Positions 45,381 through 54,844 of a stretch of DNA of 57,473 bases are shown here, piece by piece. Position numbers and translations under genes: made by a program. The notes below the pieces were generated by a model. That model was not told the DNA's origin and did not search any database. It worked only from the letters and a program-made list of their open reading frames with translations. The stretch is from Prolixibacter sp. (GTDB taxonomy: Bacteria; Bacteroidota; Bacteroidia; Bacteroidales; Prolixibacteraceae): positions 1 to 57,473 of the forward strand of contig JBBIUJ010000002.1 in assembly GCA_037440345.1 (NCBI GenBank). The letters are read 5' to 3'. Every line of letters begins with the position of its first letter. Positions within the stretch are counted from its first letter, which is position 1.

Positions 45381-48221
45381 TCAGGGCATCCTGCTCAATC
45401 CTTCCCATTTGACTTTCCAGCTTCCATCTTTGGGAATTCCGGGATTCTCCGTTTCACAGCCGTCGTAACCGGCACACATCATGGCTATAGCGGCCAGGAC
45501 ACCACCATTTCCAGGCAAGTATAGTCTTAACCGCTTGTCCTGGTAGTTGTGCCCATTGGCCAGGTAGGTGTTGGTAGGGATATTCATAAACAACGCATCG
45601 ATGGCCTTGTCGGGACGTCCCAAACGGGTAGCGGTCATGGCTACCAGCGGAAAATCCCAACCCCATGTCTTTTTCCAGTTCCAGTGGTCCCAGACGTAAT
45701 CGAAAGTGCTGTTCATCGTCTTTTTATTGACTACTCTCGATTCGGGCATGAAACCCAGTGCACCCAAGACAGCCGGATGGTCAGAGTGGAAAGGCAGATT
45801 GATATACGAATCAGGGGCGCTCTCTGCGGAAAGGTAAAGTCCATTCTTTTGTGCCAGAACAGCAATCTTTTCAATGATATCGTCCCACTGACGGTTGCGA
45901 TTCATTCCCAACCTGACCCGCCATTGTTGCGCAATACTCAGACCCCAGTGCCAGTAAGCCAGTTCATAGGGGGAATTGTAGGTTACCTCGGGGCTCAACG
46001 ATTCCTGAGCTGGAATGATTCCAACCAAATTGTAGCGGTTCTTATCAGGATCCCAGGAGGCAAACGAGGCCATGAAATCGGCAGTTTGAAAAACCAATTC
46101 CTTGTATTTTTCCAACATATCGTTGGTGTGGTAGTTTCGGTAACAGAGCTCCGCAAAATAGATGATATGGGGTTGCTGCCATATCAAAAATGAGCCAACC
46201 GATGAGGGGGCTTCAATCCCTGTTGTATCAGTCATTTTCATCCATCTGGCACCTTTATATCCTTGACGTTGAGCGAGTTTTTGCGCCATTGGCAATACGT
46301 CACGGTACCAACCGAGGCTCTTTTCCAGCAAATCGATGCGGTTCCAGAGGGCAAAATGGGCTGCATGCCACCAATGCATCTCCAGGTGAAATTTTCCGTA
46401 CCAACTGTTGTAGGTCAGTCCGGTTTCCTGCGGTGGCACTGTTCCTGCACACTGTATGGCCATCAGGTATTGTGAGAGGACGACCCTGCGCTCCAGTTCG
46501 GTAGCCCGTGGATCGCTGCTGCCGGCAAAATCAACGGCTCCCCCGCGATTCCAGAAGTAACTCCATTTTGCGTCATTGGCATGTGAAGTTTGATTAAAGT
46601 TTGCCAGTTGAAGAGATCTCTTCTCCTTTGAAAAGAGGCAACTGATTTCGATGCTTTGGCCTTTGGGCGATAATTCAAAATGGTGCGCCTGCTTTTCTTC
46701 CATTCTGGCAAAGCCTACCCAGTCTACTTTTGCAAAATAGGTGGTGGCATCAATCAGGCGTTCGAAAATCACCGAATTTTCGGCGACAGGGTTGGATATT
46801 GTTTTGTGTTTATCGGGACTTTTCCAGTCGCAGCCACCATCCATGTGATTCCCGGTAGGGTAGGGGAAATCAAATTTAATCTTTAGTCTTCCGGCATCTA
46901 TCAGGGGTGAGGTGATTTTGGAAGAGAGCATGTCAAGATCAGGATGGCAGATGGTGGTCACCTCTACCGGAATCCCTTCAATCTTGAAAGTGCTGTGAAT
47001 CTCTCCTTTCCAAAGGTTGAGCTCTTCCTTGAGATCAGTTAAATCAGTGATGGCGATGTCTGAACCGTCTTTCTTTTTTATCTTCAATCCGATGATTCCC
47101 AGGTGCAGGCGGTGCGCATTGGCCCTGAAATAGTTTCCGGCTTCAGCTCCTCTTTGCGGATTCTTCAACTGAACAGAATAAGACTCCGGCCTACCGTGAA
47201 AGTTGAAATCTTTCAGGCTCTCTTCGGGTTTATATCCTGAAGTATTGGGGAAACTGTGCCATCCCCACTGCGATTGGGTGCCTAGCGGTATGCCTCCCTC
47301 ATAGGTGTTTGGAAAGGTCTGTAAACCGGTAGCATCCGCCGTAAAGGCAAAATTACCATTGCCAACTGTTAGGGAAGCGAGGGTATCAACCTTCTCAATT
47401 TCGACATTGTGCCTGTTTACCAACGCCTTCCTGTCAACGTTACCACGAAAATTTGTTTTGAAAGAGACGTTCCTATTTAAATATTTTGCAAAGGGCAATT
47501 TTTGATTTTTGATCTCCTGAACAGCGAGTTCAGCAACTTTGAAAGCTCCCAACGGATTTAGGTGGGTATTGTCGGTTTTGCCGAAAGGATCCAGTTTGCT
47601 TACCCCCGGTTCGAAGATCATGTAAAGCGCTTTCGATCCTTCCACACCCATTTCGTTGATGAGCCTTTCTGTGGATGCATTAAGGTCAATGACTGGTACA
47701 TCAAGCTCTTTACCAACCTGCATGGTCACTGCCGGATATTCGCCTAATGTATTGATTGCTTTTCCATCCGCATCGAACGAACGTCTCACGATGGAGGTGA
47801 ATAAGATTGGAATTGCCCCTTTTTCGCGGCTTTCCCGAATGTATCTGACGAGGTTGTCATGATAGGTGGTATGCGAATCCGTTTTACGTGCAACATCGGG
47901 TTTTGAATCGTTGTGACCGAACTGGATAAAAACATAATCGCCTTTTTGAATCACATCCAAAACACCCTGCCACAACCCCTCATCGCGGAAACTTTTCGAA
48001 CTTCTTCCGTTTTTGGCACGATTGTCTACAACAAGTTGGTTTTCATTGAAAAACACCGGAAGTACCTGACACCATCCCCGTTCAGGATTGCTCCTTGTCG
48101 TATCCTTGTTGGCCATCGTGGAGTCACCGATGGTGTAAATTGTGACTTTCTTTTTAATAGGCGAAAATCCTGTCAAGGTTAAAATCAGCGCAATAATGAG
48201 TAGCAATCTTGTTTTTTTCAT
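45381..48221 (-). CDS. Secreted fusion: N-terminal SGNH/GDSL esterase (rhamnogalacturonan acetylesterase-like) + large C-terminal glycoside-hydrolase-like helical domain of unknown family
   Basis: SGNH blocks IGDSTMAN, NGRSS, FGHNDS and DNTHLN. The C-terminal ~650 aa is rich in Trp/aromatic helical repeats (WWHAAHFALWN, YELAYWHWG, LPGNGG). The start is set at ATG 48221 (MKKTRLLL). Confidence 0.75.
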   Translation of the reverse strand: MKKTRLLLIIALILTLTGFSPIKKKVTIYTIGDSTMANKDTTRSNPERGWCQVLPVFFNENQLVVDNRAKNGRSSKSFRDEGLWQGVLDVIQKGDYVFIQFGHNDSKPDVARKTDSHTTYHDNLVRYIRESREKGAIPILFTSIVRRSFDADGKAINTLGEYPAVTMQVGKELDVPVIDLNASTERLINEMGVEGSKALYMIFEPGVSKLDPFGKTDNTHLNPLGAFKVAELAVQEIKNQKLPFAKYLNRNVSFKTNFRGNVDRKALVNRHNVEIEKVDTLASLTVGNGNFAFTADATGLQTFPNTYEGGIPLGTQSQWGWHSFPNTSGYKPEESLKDFNFHGRPESYSVQLKNPQRGAEAGNYFRANAHRLHLGIIGLKIKKKDGSDIAITDLTDLKEELNLWKGEIHSTFKIEGIPVEVTTICHPDLDMLSSKITSPLIDAGRLKIKFDFPYPTGNHMDGGCDWKSPDKHKTISNPVAENSVIFERLIDATTYFAKVDWVGFARMEEKQAHHFELSPKGQSIEISCLFSKEKRSLQLANFNQTSHANDAKWSYFWNRGGAVDFAGSSDPRATELERRVVLSQYLMAIQCAGTVPPQETGLTYNSWYGKFHLEMHWWHAAHFALWNRIDLLEKSLGWYRDVLPMAQKLAQRQGYKGARWMKMTDTTGIEAPSSVGSFLIWQQPHIIYFAELCYRNYHTNDMLEKYKELVFQTADFMASFASWDPDKNRYNLVGIIPAQESLSPEVTYNSPYELAYWHWGLSIAQQWRVRLGMNRNRQWDDIIEKIAVLAQKNGLYLSAESAPDSYINLPFHSDHPAVLGALGFMPESRVVNKKTMNSTFDYVWDHWNWKKTWGWDFPLVAMTATRLGRPDKAIDALFMNIPTNTYLANGHNYQDKRLRLYLPGNGGVLAAIAMMCAGYDGCETENPGIPKDGSWKVKWEGLSRMP

Positions 48222-48598
48222 GGTTCTGCTATTGTGGTTCAATGTCGATTAGCCATAACGAAATCCTTTGTGTTTCCTTTGTGATTAGTTAAAAGAACTG
48301 TCAGCATTTCGGAGCTCTTTCCATAACTTTTGCTAAGATAGTACCAATCAAGTTAGTATTCAACATGATCAAAAAATTCCTAAATTTGCTCAATCTAAAA
48401 ACTTTGGATGTTTAAGTTTACAACGGATTTGGTGAAGTAAATAACCTTTGGTATTCAGCCTCAGGTTATCCCATATTAAAACTCAGGTATATGCTTACCC
48501 GAGTTATTTTCATATCCATACATTTTATAACGGTTTTAGATTTGGCAAAGTATCCATTGTAAGCTTGTGCCATTGTCCATAAAATAAATTTAAACATC

Positions 48599-49372
48599 AT
48601 GAAAAATGAAAATAATTCAATTCACGAATTTGACTTCAATTTAATCTGTGAATATTTCTCAAACTTAGAACGTCAAGGGCCCGGTAGCCCTGAAGTAACC
48701 ATTAACGCATTGAGTTTTATCGGTAATCTTACAAGCGAATTCCAAATTGCCGATATTGGTTGCGGAACAGGTGGTCAGACGATGGTGCTGGCACAGCATG
48801 CGCCAGGAATTATTACCGGAATCGATTTGTTTTCCAATTTTATAGAGCTGTTCAACGCTAACGCTGAAAAGCTAAATCTTCAAAACAGGGTAAAGGGCAT
48901 CGTCTGTTCTATGGATAACCTTCCTTTTCAAAAGGAAGAATTGGACCTGATCTGGTCGGAAGGGGCAATTTATAATATTGGTTTTGATCAGGGCTTGAAC
49001 GAGTGGTGGAAATTTTTGAAAATTGGTGGATATGTCGCCGTCACAGAGGCATCGTGGTTTACGGAAGAAAGGCCTGCCGAAATCAATGAATTTTGGATGG
49101 ATGCCTACCCTGAGATTGATACCATTCCCAATAAGGTAGCCCAGATGCAAAAAGCCGGATATATTCCCGTTGCGACCTTTATCCTGCCGGAAAACTGCTG
49201 GACAGAAAATTTCTATGCCTTACAGGTTCCGGTCCAGGAGGCATTTTTGAAGAAATATGCAGGAAATAAATCAGCCGAAGATTTTGTCGAATGCGAAAGG
49301 CACGAAGCGCAATTGTATGACAAGTACAAATCGTATTATGGCTATGTCTTCTACATCGGGAAGAAGATTTAA
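48599..49372 (+). CDS. Class I SAM-dependent methyltransferase
   Basis: Motif [13 protein letters not shown], post-I GIDL and motif II LIWSEGA. Confidence 0.8.
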   Translation: MKNENNSIHEFDFNLICEYFSNLERQGPGSPEVTINALSFIGNLTSEFQIADIGCGTGGQTMVLAQHAPGIITGIDLFSNFIELFNANAEKLNLQNRVKGIVCSMDNLPFQKEELDLIWSEGAIYNIGFDQGLNEWWKFLKIGGYVAVTEASWFTEERPAEINEFWMDAYPEIDTIPNKVAQMQKAGYIPVATFILPENCWTENFYALQVPVQEAFLKKYAGNKSAEDFVECERHEAQLYDKYKSYYGYVFYIGKKI

Positions 49373-49382
49373 GTAATGAAAA

Positions 49383-49420
49383 AAGAAGGATTGTCCCTCT
49401 CTTTCGGGACAATTCTTCTT
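49383..49420. terminator. Bidirectional terminator hairpin between convergent genes
   Basis: AAGAAGGATTGTCCC/GGGACAATTCTTCTT (one mismatch), flanked by an A-run upstream and a T-rich tract downstream. Confidence 0.65.
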
Positions 49421-49471
49421 TCTTACAAAAACGCTATAACCCTTTATAACGCCGCGTAATTTTTCTTTGGA

Positions 49472-51046
49472 TTAAAATTCCGATGTAAAATGAAATTTGA
49501 TCTTCGGAAAGTCCCTTTGCGCCATGTCCAGAATAAAGGCTGAATCTGCCAGAAATACATCTCTGCCTTGCTTGTCAGTGGCCATTTTGTTGTATTTCCG
49601 TTTCTTGAAATCATCCAAAACTGCTTTCTCCTCACAGTCGATCCAGCAGGCTTTGTAGAGTGAGATGGACTCCCAACGGCATTTGGCGTTGTACTCATGT
49701 TCGAGCCTGTATTCGATCACCTCGAACTGCAGGGCGCCAACAGTTCCAATGATCTTGCGACCATTTAACTGACTTGTAAAAAGTTGTGCGACACCTTCGT
49801 CCATTAATTGATCTACCCCTTTTGCCAATTGCTTGGAACGCATGGGATCCGCATTCTCAATGTAACGGAAAATTTCGGGCGAAAAGGATGGGATCCCTTT
49901 GTAATGGAGGATTTCACCCTCGGTTACTGTATCGCCAATCACAAAATTTCCGGTATCGGGCAGACCGATGATATCGCCCGGAAAGGCATTCTCAATCACC
50001 TCTTTTTTATCTGCCATAAAGGCTGTCGGACTGGAATATTTGAAGCTCTTGGCAAGGCGGATATGCCTGTAATTCTTGTTGCGTTCGAACATTCCCGAAC
50101 ATATTTTGACGAAGGCAATCCTGCTACGGTGGTTGGGATCTATGTTCGCATGAATTTTAAAGACAAATCCGGTAAAGGCCTCTTCAATAGGATCGACCAT
50201 TCGTTCTTCTGATTTCTTGGGTCGGGGAGAGGGAGCCAGTTTGACAAAGGTATCGAGCAGTTCCCTTACCCCGAAATTGTAGAGGGCGCTTCCAAAAAAG
50301 ACGGGGGCCAATTCTCCTGCAAGGTAAGCATGATGGTCAAAAACCGGATAGATGCCTTCTACCATTTCGAGGTCTTCGCGAAGCACAATGGCGTCATTTC
50401 CAATTAATTGATCCAACGTTGGGTCGTTAAGGTTTTCGAAATTGATTCCCTTTTCGATATCCGTAATACTCGGATTGAACAGACTCAGGCTACTGTCATA
50501 TATATTGTACACCCCTTTGAATTCGGGGCCATTGTTGATGGGCCAGCTCAAAGGCCTGACCTTGATCATCAATTGTTTCTCAATATCGTCAAGTAAATCA
50601 AACGTATCACCAGATGGCCGGTCCATCTTGTTGATAAAGACGATAACCGGTGTCTTGCGCATGCGACAAACACCCATCAGTTTCTCAGTTTGAGGCTCCA
50701 CCCCTTTGGCGGCATCAATTACGATGATCACGCTGTCGACGGCTGTCAGGGTACGAAAAGTATCCTCCTGAAAATCCTGGTGGCCGGGTGTATCCAGAAT
50801 ATTGATTTTGTATCCGCTGTATTCAAAACCCATCACGGAAGTGGCGACGGAAATTCCGCGTTGCCGCTCAATCTCCATAAAGTCGGAGGTTGCCCCCTTT
50901 TTGATTTTATTGCTTTTTACTGCCCCGGCCACATGAATGGCGCCGCCAAAAAGCAGCAATTTTTCCGTAAGTGTGGTTTTTCCCGCATCGGGGTGACTGA
51001 CAATACCAAAAGTTCTCCGACGCAGAATCTCTTCTTTTAAACCCAT
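49472..51046 (-). CDS. prfC: Peptide chain release factor 3 (GTPase)
   Basis: G1 [14 protein letters not shown] and NKMD. The start is set at ATG 51046 (MGLKEE), because the track start is a TTG. Confidence 0.93.
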   Translation of the reverse strand: MGLKEEILRRRTFGIVSHPDAGKTTLTEKLLLFGGAIHVAGAVKSNKIKKGATSDFMEIERQRGISVATSVMGFEYSGYKINILDTPGHQDFQEDTFRTLTAVDSVIIVIDAAKGVEPQTEKLMGVCRMRKTPVIVFINKMDRPSGDTFDLLDDIEKQLMIKVRPLSWPINNGPEFKGVYNIYDSSLSLFNPSITDIEKGINFENLNDPTLDQLIGNDAIVLREDLEMVEGIYPVFDHHAYLAGELAPVFFGSALYNFGVRELLDTFVKLAPSPRPKKSEERMVDPIEEAFTGFVFKIHANIDPNHRSRIAFVKICSGMFERNKNYRHIRLAKSFKYSSPTAFMADKKEVIENAFPGDIIGLPDTGNFVIGDTVTEGEILHYKGIPSFSPEIFRYIENADPMRSKQLAKGVDQLMDEGVAQLFTSQLNGRKIIGTVGALQFEVIEYRLEHEYNAKCRWESISLYKACWIDCEEKAVLDDFKKRKYNKMATDKQGRDVFLADSAFILDMAQRDFPKIKFHFTSEF

Positions 51047-51284
51047 TGTATCATATTTGGGGGGCAAATTTAGTTTAAAATCGCGAAAAAACTGACTAAT
51101 TCCTTATCAGATCTCCCCTCGCTGACGCGGGTCTGCGACCTGTGCTCTCACAATTGATGTCCTATACAATTAAATACCAATTATTTAGTTCAACCTGATC
51201 CTTTCCACTGGCTCTTGAATGAAGGCTCTTCTCCTGTCGATGCGGATTATGCCCGATAGAAAGGTATGCTGGACAATGTCAATG

Positions 51285-51542
51285 TTATTCGTATATTTCC
51301 TTTCTGTCGCCAGCCTCAATAACGGTAACGGTAAGGACTTTATCGTTAATCTCGTAGATAACCCGGTAACTCCCTTCCCTGATCCTGTAACCTGGCCGGC
51401 CTTTAAGCTTTTTGCATCCGGATGGACGTGGGTTGTTTGCCAGGGCGGCGATGGATGCCATTATTTTCCGGTAATCCTTTTCCGGGATATTTTTGAGCTG
51501 CTTAAACACAGCTTTCTCAATGAACAGCTTATACACGGCCAT
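51285..51542 (-). CDS. Type II toxin, RelE/ParE family
   Basis: An 85-aa protein with the typical ...KLKGRPGYRIREGSYRVIYEINDKVLTVTVIEAGDRKEIY C-terminal pattern. It overlaps the upstream small gene by 14 nt. Confidence 0.8.
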   Translation of the reverse strand: MAVYKLFIEKAVFKQLKNIPEKDYRKIMASIAALANNPRPSGCKKLKGRPGYRIREGSYRVIYEINDKVLTVTVIEAGDRKEIYE

Positions 51543-51732
51543 TGCGCAAAAGTTCTATTTCCTTTATGGCCTGTTCAAAAGGTATTGGTTCACTTTTGCG
51601 GGTTTTGGCACGGTCGTAGGCTTTAATATCTTCCAGTTCTTCGAGTCCTTCCATCATTTTCTCATATTCCCGGATAGGCAGGATAACGCCCATTTTTTTG
51701 CCAGAGGTATCGGTGATGTATTGTGTTTTCAT
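51529..51732 (-). CDS. Type II antitoxin (Phd/YefM- or RelB-like) partner of the RelE-like toxin
   Basis: A 67-aa acidic protein located immediately upstream of and overlapping the toxin gene. Confidence 0.65.
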   Translation of the reverse strand: MKTQYITDTSGKKMGVILPIREYEKMMEGLEELEDIKAYDRAKTRKSEPIPFEQAIKEIELLRNGRV

Positions 51733-51957
51733 TTGTGGATAATTTGTTTTTTAATTGCCGGAGGTAATTGCGACCAGTTTTTCTCTTATAGGAAGGGGCT
51801 TATTTTGCCCCCAATGCTTAATGTAATACTCGCATGAAGCAATATTTACAATGTAAAGACAAATATAAGAGAACTCTGTTGCATAAAAAAGTAAGGTGTT
51901 ATTTTTCTTAACAAATCCTCACGCTGGCACAGATTATTCAAAAATCTAAGAATCTAT

Positions 51958-52000
51958 AAAAACATAAGAGGCTGAAAGTCTTACATACACTTTCAGCCTC
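51958..52000 (-). terminator. Rho-independent terminator of the cyclophilin gene
   Basis: A 12-bp perfect stem GAGGCTGAAAGT/ACTTTCAGCCTC with a 9-nt loop. On the minus strand it is followed by TTATGTTTTT. Confidence 0.75.
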
Positions 52001-52029
52001 TTTAATTAATGCGAAAATTTAAACCTTAA

Positions 52030-52050
52030 CCCTTCGACAGGCTTCAGGGA
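52030..52050 (-). repeat. 3'-intergenic motif copy (minus-strand orientation)
   Basis: The minus strand reads TCCCTGAAGCCTGTCGAAGGG. It sits between the cyclophilin stop and its terminator. Confidence 0.6.
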
Positions 52051-52069
52051 GATGTAATCCACAATTGTT

Positions 52070-52507
52070 TTATGCTTCGATGATCACAATTTTCTCAATC
52101 TTATCTCCCTGACGGATAGCATCGATCACTTCAAGTCCCTCATAAACTTTTCCGAAACAGGTATGGTTCCGGTCGAGGTGGGCAGTATTTCTTCTGCTGT
52201 GGCAGATAAAGAATTGTGATCCGCCTGTGTTTCTGCCGGCATGGGCCATTGACAAAACACCACGATCATGGTATTGGTTCTCACCGTCCAATTCACATTT
52301 GATGGTGTAACCAGGACCACCAACGCCGGTACCTTTTGGACAACCACCCTGGATAACAAAATCAGGAATAACCCGGTGAAAAGTAAGTCCGTCATAGAAT
52401 CCCTCTTTGGAGAGTTTAACGAAATTTGCAACTGTTCCGGGAGCGTCTTCATCGTAAAAATTTACTTTCATGACGCCCTTTGCTGTATGAATCTCTGCTT
52501 GTGACAT
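52070..52507 (-). CDS. ppiB: Peptidyl-prolyl cis-trans isomerase, cyclophilin type
   Basis: [28 protein letters not shown] and HTCFGKV motifs. Confidence 0.92.
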   Translation of the reverse strand: MSQAEIHTAKGVMKVNFYDEDAPGTVANFVKLSKEGFYDGLTFHRVIPDFVIQGGCPKGTGVGGPGYTIKCELDGENQYHDRGVLSMAHAGRNTGGSQFFICHSRRNTAHLDRNHTCFGKVYEGLEVIDAIRQGDKIEKIVIIEA

Positions 52508-52654
52508 AATTTGTTTTTTTGTTTTTGCAAAGATACCTCTTTCCCAAAGAATTTTCTTCCAATTACCCTATATTTGTCCGACATTCTTGCTGATAGCATA
52601 GAATAATTTGATTGAAGTAGCTTTCACCATATTTAAACCGATCAAAAAAACAGG

Positions 52655-54649
52655 ATGATCCGTGCATTTGGATCCATAATTACTCTTATTTTCTTGCTCA
52701 TTTTGAGCGAGGGATGCACTGTTTCCCACCAGGCCAGATTGGCCGCAACAACGTTCGACAATGGCGAATATTTCAAAAGTATAGCTGCCTACCGGAAGAT
52801 TTATACCAAAACGAAAGGGAGGGAGAACAAGGCTGCCATTCAGCTGAAGATTGCGGAGGCCTTCTACAAAATTGGTCAGTATCGGCAGGCTGAAAGCTAT
52901 TTCAAGAGCGCCATTTTCAAAGATCCATCTGATGCCACTATCCTGCTAAGGTATGCCGAGGTACTCCGATCCAACGGCAAATATGACGAAGCGATCAAAA
53001 ATTACCAGAAATTTCTGGTCCATCTTCCCAAAGATGAACGTGCCTTGAATGGAATTATTTCCTGCAACACAAGCAAGGAATTGATGGGTAGACAGACACA
53101 GTATAAAATAGAGAACCTGAAGGAGCTAAATTCGCGCTTCTCAGATTATGGTGCGGTATATCCGGGCCTCATTGTGACAGAGCTTGTTTTCTCCTCCTCC
53201 AGGGACGATGCAACCGGGAAAAAGAAGAATCCAGTAACCGGGGAGTTTAATGCCGATATTTATCGGTCGGTCTACAATGCAGAACAAAAAAAGTGGGACA
53301 ATCCAAAGCGTATTGATGAATCGATGATGATCAATACGGTCGATGAGGAGGGGGCCCCGGCATTCGACAAAAGCGGAAATACCATCTATTTTACGCGTTC
53401 TATCTCTGAGAAAGGGGTAGATGCGAAAGTTGGTATTTTTGAATCTACACTCGTCAGCGGAAGCTGGAGCCGACCGGTAAAACTCTCCATCGGCAACGAT
53501 AGCTTGTTGGCCGCTCATCCATCGGTATCCCGCGACGGCAACAAAATCTATTTTGTATCCAACAGGCCGGGAGGGTTTGGTGGAAATGATATTTGGGTTG
53601 CTGAAAAAGTAGGGGAGAGCAAATGGGGTGAAGCCCGGAATCTTGGTCCGCAAATTAATACTGCAGGTAATGAAATGTTCCCTTTTATTCGCGACAACGG
53701 GGAGCTCTATTTCTCTTCCGATTCGCATGTTGGTTTAGGTGGATTGGATATTTTCAGGGCAACGCCCATTGATAAAGAGAGATGGAAAGTCGAAAATATG
53801 GGTGTTCCGATTAATTCGACTGGAGATGATTTTGCAATTTCTTTCTATCCTGGTGAAGAAAAGGGTCTTTTTACAAGTTACCGCGAAGGAAGTCGCGGGG
53901 ATGATATCTACTCTTTTGTTCTGCCACCGAAAAGTTATGGCGTGGAAGGCGGGTTGTACAACAAGGAGACGGGTGCCCAGGTTGAAGGGGCTTCGGTTCG
54001 CCTAATTGGTACGGATGGAACGCAACTGCGTATGAAAGCTGACAATGCCTCTTTCCGTTTTCAACTTAAACCGGGTGTTGAATACCTGATCACTGCGTTT
54101 AAAAAAGGATTTTTGAATGCCAAGGCCTCGCTCTCTACGGTCGGAATGGATCAAGGCAAGGCATTTTCTGTAAGGATGGATTTAGTGCCTGTAGACCAGC
54201 CGATTAAAATTGATAATATTTTCTATGAAGTCGGTAAGTGGAATCTTTTGCCTGAATCGATAGCATCCCTCGATACGCTTGTCTCACTTTTGAAGGAGAA
54301 CCCCACAGTAACCATCGAATTGATGGCCCACACCGATTGTCGTGGGAATGATGCTGATAACCTCATCCTATCACAAAAAAGGGCCCAATCGGTAGTTGAT
54401 TATCTGATTTCCAAAAGTATTCAGCCGGAAAGGCTCTCAGCCAAAGGATATGGGGAGAAGGTTTCCAAAACTGTTGATGCCAGAATGGTCAAGGCAAATG
54501 CATTTCTGAAAAAAGGAGAGGTACTTAGTTGTCAGTTTATCGAAGCGCTTAAAAAGGAGGAAGAACGTGAAATATGCCACCAACTCAATCGACGCACCGA
54601 ATTCAAGGTAACTTCCTCGGAGTACAGGGAAAAGTTCAAGGGGCAGTAA
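52655..54649 (+). CDS. OmpA-family lipoprotein with TPR + TolB-like propeller + carboxypeptidase-regulatory-like + OmpA_C domains (PorE-like architecture)
   Basis: Lipobox LSEGC, TPR repeats, PD40-type repeats (SRDGNKIYFVSNR, DNGELYFSSD), and the OmpA_C motif TDCRGNDADNLILSQKRAQSV. The 664 aa size and the domain order resemble the T9SS component PorE (PG1058). Confidence 0.7.
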   Translation: MIRAFGSIITLIFLLILSEGCTVSHQARLAATTFDNGEYFKSIAAYRKIYTKTKGRENKAAIQLKIAEAFYKIGQYRQAESYFKSAIFKDPSDATILLRYAEVLRSNGKYDEAIKNYQKFLVHLPKDERALNGIISCNTSKELMGRQTQYKIENLKELNSRFSDYGAVYPGLIVTELVFSSSRDDATGKKKNPVTGEFNADIYRSVYNAEQKKWDNPKRIDESMMINTVDEEGAPAFDKSGNTIYFTRSISEKGVDAKVGIFESTLVSGSWSRPVKLSIGNDSLLAAHPSVSRDGNKIYFVSNRPGGFGGNDIWVAEKVGESKWGEARNLGPQINTAGNEMFPFIRDNGELYFSSDSHVGLGGLDIFRATPIDKERWKVENMGVPINSTGDDFAISFYPGEEKGLFTSYREGSRGDDIYSFVLPPKSYGVEGGLYNKETGAQVEGASVRLIGTDGTQLRMKADNASFRFQLKPGVEYLITAFKKGFLNAKASLSTVGMDQGKAFSVRMDLVPVDQPIKIDNIFYEVGKWNLLPESIASLDTLVSLLKENPTVTIELMAHTDCRGNDADNLILSQKRAQSVVDYLISKSIQPERLSAKGYGEKVSKTVDARMVKANAFLKKGEVLSCQFIEALKKEEEREICHQLNRRTEFKVTSSEYREKFKGQ

Positions 54650-54797
54650 GGATAAAGGAAAAAGTAAAAAGGATAAAGTGAAGACGCTCTTATCTTGAGT
54701 TGGTATAATTCAGGAATATTAAAAACATAAGGACTAATTAACTCAAGATAAATTGCACGGGGCCCACTTTATCCTTTTTACTTTATCCTTTATCCTT
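54648..54797. repeat. 150-bp nested palindrome with low-complexity arms
   Basis: The 33-nt arms at 54648..54680 and 54765..54797 are complementary with 1 mismatch. An inner 12-bp inverted repeat pairs 54690..54701 with 54740..54751. Confidence 0.85.
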
Positions 54798-54844
54798 TCT
54801 GTCCTGTTCTCCATTGGGAAAAAGTTGCTATTTTTGCGCCAGTT

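Noticed and set aside
45549-46193. 214-aa plus-strand ORF inside the SGNH-fusion gene
   Set aside because: It is antisense to a long ORF with clear SGNH motifs and coherent domain structure. Its translation is Arg/Gly/Val-rich with no motifs.
51219-51837. Plus-strand ORFs 51219..51626 and 51493..51837
   Set aside because: They are antisense to the compact, overlapping RelE-like/antitoxin pair, which has family-typical sequence. The plus-strand translations are featureless.
53141-53728. 195-aa minus-strand ORF inside the PorE-like gene
   Set aside because: It is an antisense shadow ORF. The plus-strand frame carries PD40 and OmpA motifs.
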